DNA of 64,000 nucleotides, taken from Octopus bimaculoides. Lineage: Eukaryota. The position numbers were made by a program, and so were the translations under genes. Positions 63,066 through 64,000 of the stretch are shown piece by piece. A model generated the notes under the pieces. That model was given only the letters and a program-made list of their open reading frames with translations. It made no database searches and had not been told where the DNA came from. Position 1 is the first letter of the stretch. Each line of letters begins with the position of its first letter. The DNA is taken from positions 78,015,060 through 78,079,059 of the forward strand of contig NC_068981.1 of the NCBI RefSeq assembly GCF_001194135.2. Direction: 5' to 3'.

Positions 63066-63404
63066 NNNNNNNNNNNNNNNNNNNNNNNNNNNNNNNNNNN
63101 NNNNNNNNNNNNNNNNNNNNNNNNNNNNNNNNNNNNNNNNNNNNNNNNNNNNNNNNNNNNNNNNNNNNNNNNNNNNNNNNNNNNNNNNNNNNNNNNNNNN
63201 NNNNNNNNNNNNNNNNNNNNNNNNNNNNNNNNTATATATAATAATATTAGGGACAAAATCCAAAATTACAGGTAAAAACTCAATTGAAATCAATTTATAA
63301 AAAATTATAATTAAATTGAGCTTTATAGATAAAATATATATAAAATATATAGTTTTAGGGAAAATAACCAAGTTATTTAAACTTGGTTATTTTCCTTAAA
63401 ACTA

Positions 63405-63485
<81 letters not shown>

Positions 63486-64000
63486 TAGCTATAAAAAACA
63501 GATAAATAAAAACAATGGATCAACCCAAGACAAACCAGCTCCGGACCCTACACACTTTTTTTACACTTTATATGCTTATACAAACACACACATGCACATG
63601 TGTGTGTGAAGTAAATGAATCTTTAGTTTATTTTAGTTGTTGAGGCCAGCTGTGCAAGTGACCTTAGCATATATAATAGATGTCTATTCATGTAGTCTTG
63701 CTTGAAGCCATTGTTTTACCCAATTTATGTATTGTCATTGCTTGCTGATGCTACAGACTGTACCAGTAACAAAAATAGAAATAATATATTACTGATTATT
63801 GTCGTAATGATTATTATGTGGACTAAGGCTTCCATTTACTTTCCTTGTACATTGTTTCCTTTGCCTCCATAATAATTCTCTCTCTGTCTTTTTTTCTGAC
63901 ATGCTTATTTTTAATATATATAAATATATATATATATATGTATTTAAACTAATATATATATGTATGTATGTGTTTAAACCAATATATATATATATATATA

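Overview
AT-rich, microsatellite-dense eukaryotic DNA with nine N gaps. The repeat families (tRNA-headed SINEs, RTE LINEs with a (GAT)n tail, L1/Tx1-type LINE remnants, mariner and piggyBac MITEs) look like those of an Octopus genome; this is recognition from memory, not a database result. No long intact protein-coding ORF is present, and nearly all ORF-track entries are microsatellite, N-gap or decayed retroelement translations. The window is best read as intronic or intergenic sequence, possibly a large intron region of a + strand gene: there is one good 24-nt microexon candidate at 35499-35522 with downstream TGCATG motifs and weaker candidates elsewhere, but the host gene could not be identified. 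The most interesting signal is a set of minimal type I hammerhead ribozyme motifs from three unrelated short elements next to (TA)n/(CA)n tracts. One has a perfect core and an unusually long helix II (47820-47903, +). One has a U3-A8 compensatory core at the tip of a ~140-nt hairpin (21793-21834, -). Two are decayed copies of a third family (27622-27663 and 33829-33868, -). Element boundaries are approximate unless TSDs or TIRs are quoted.
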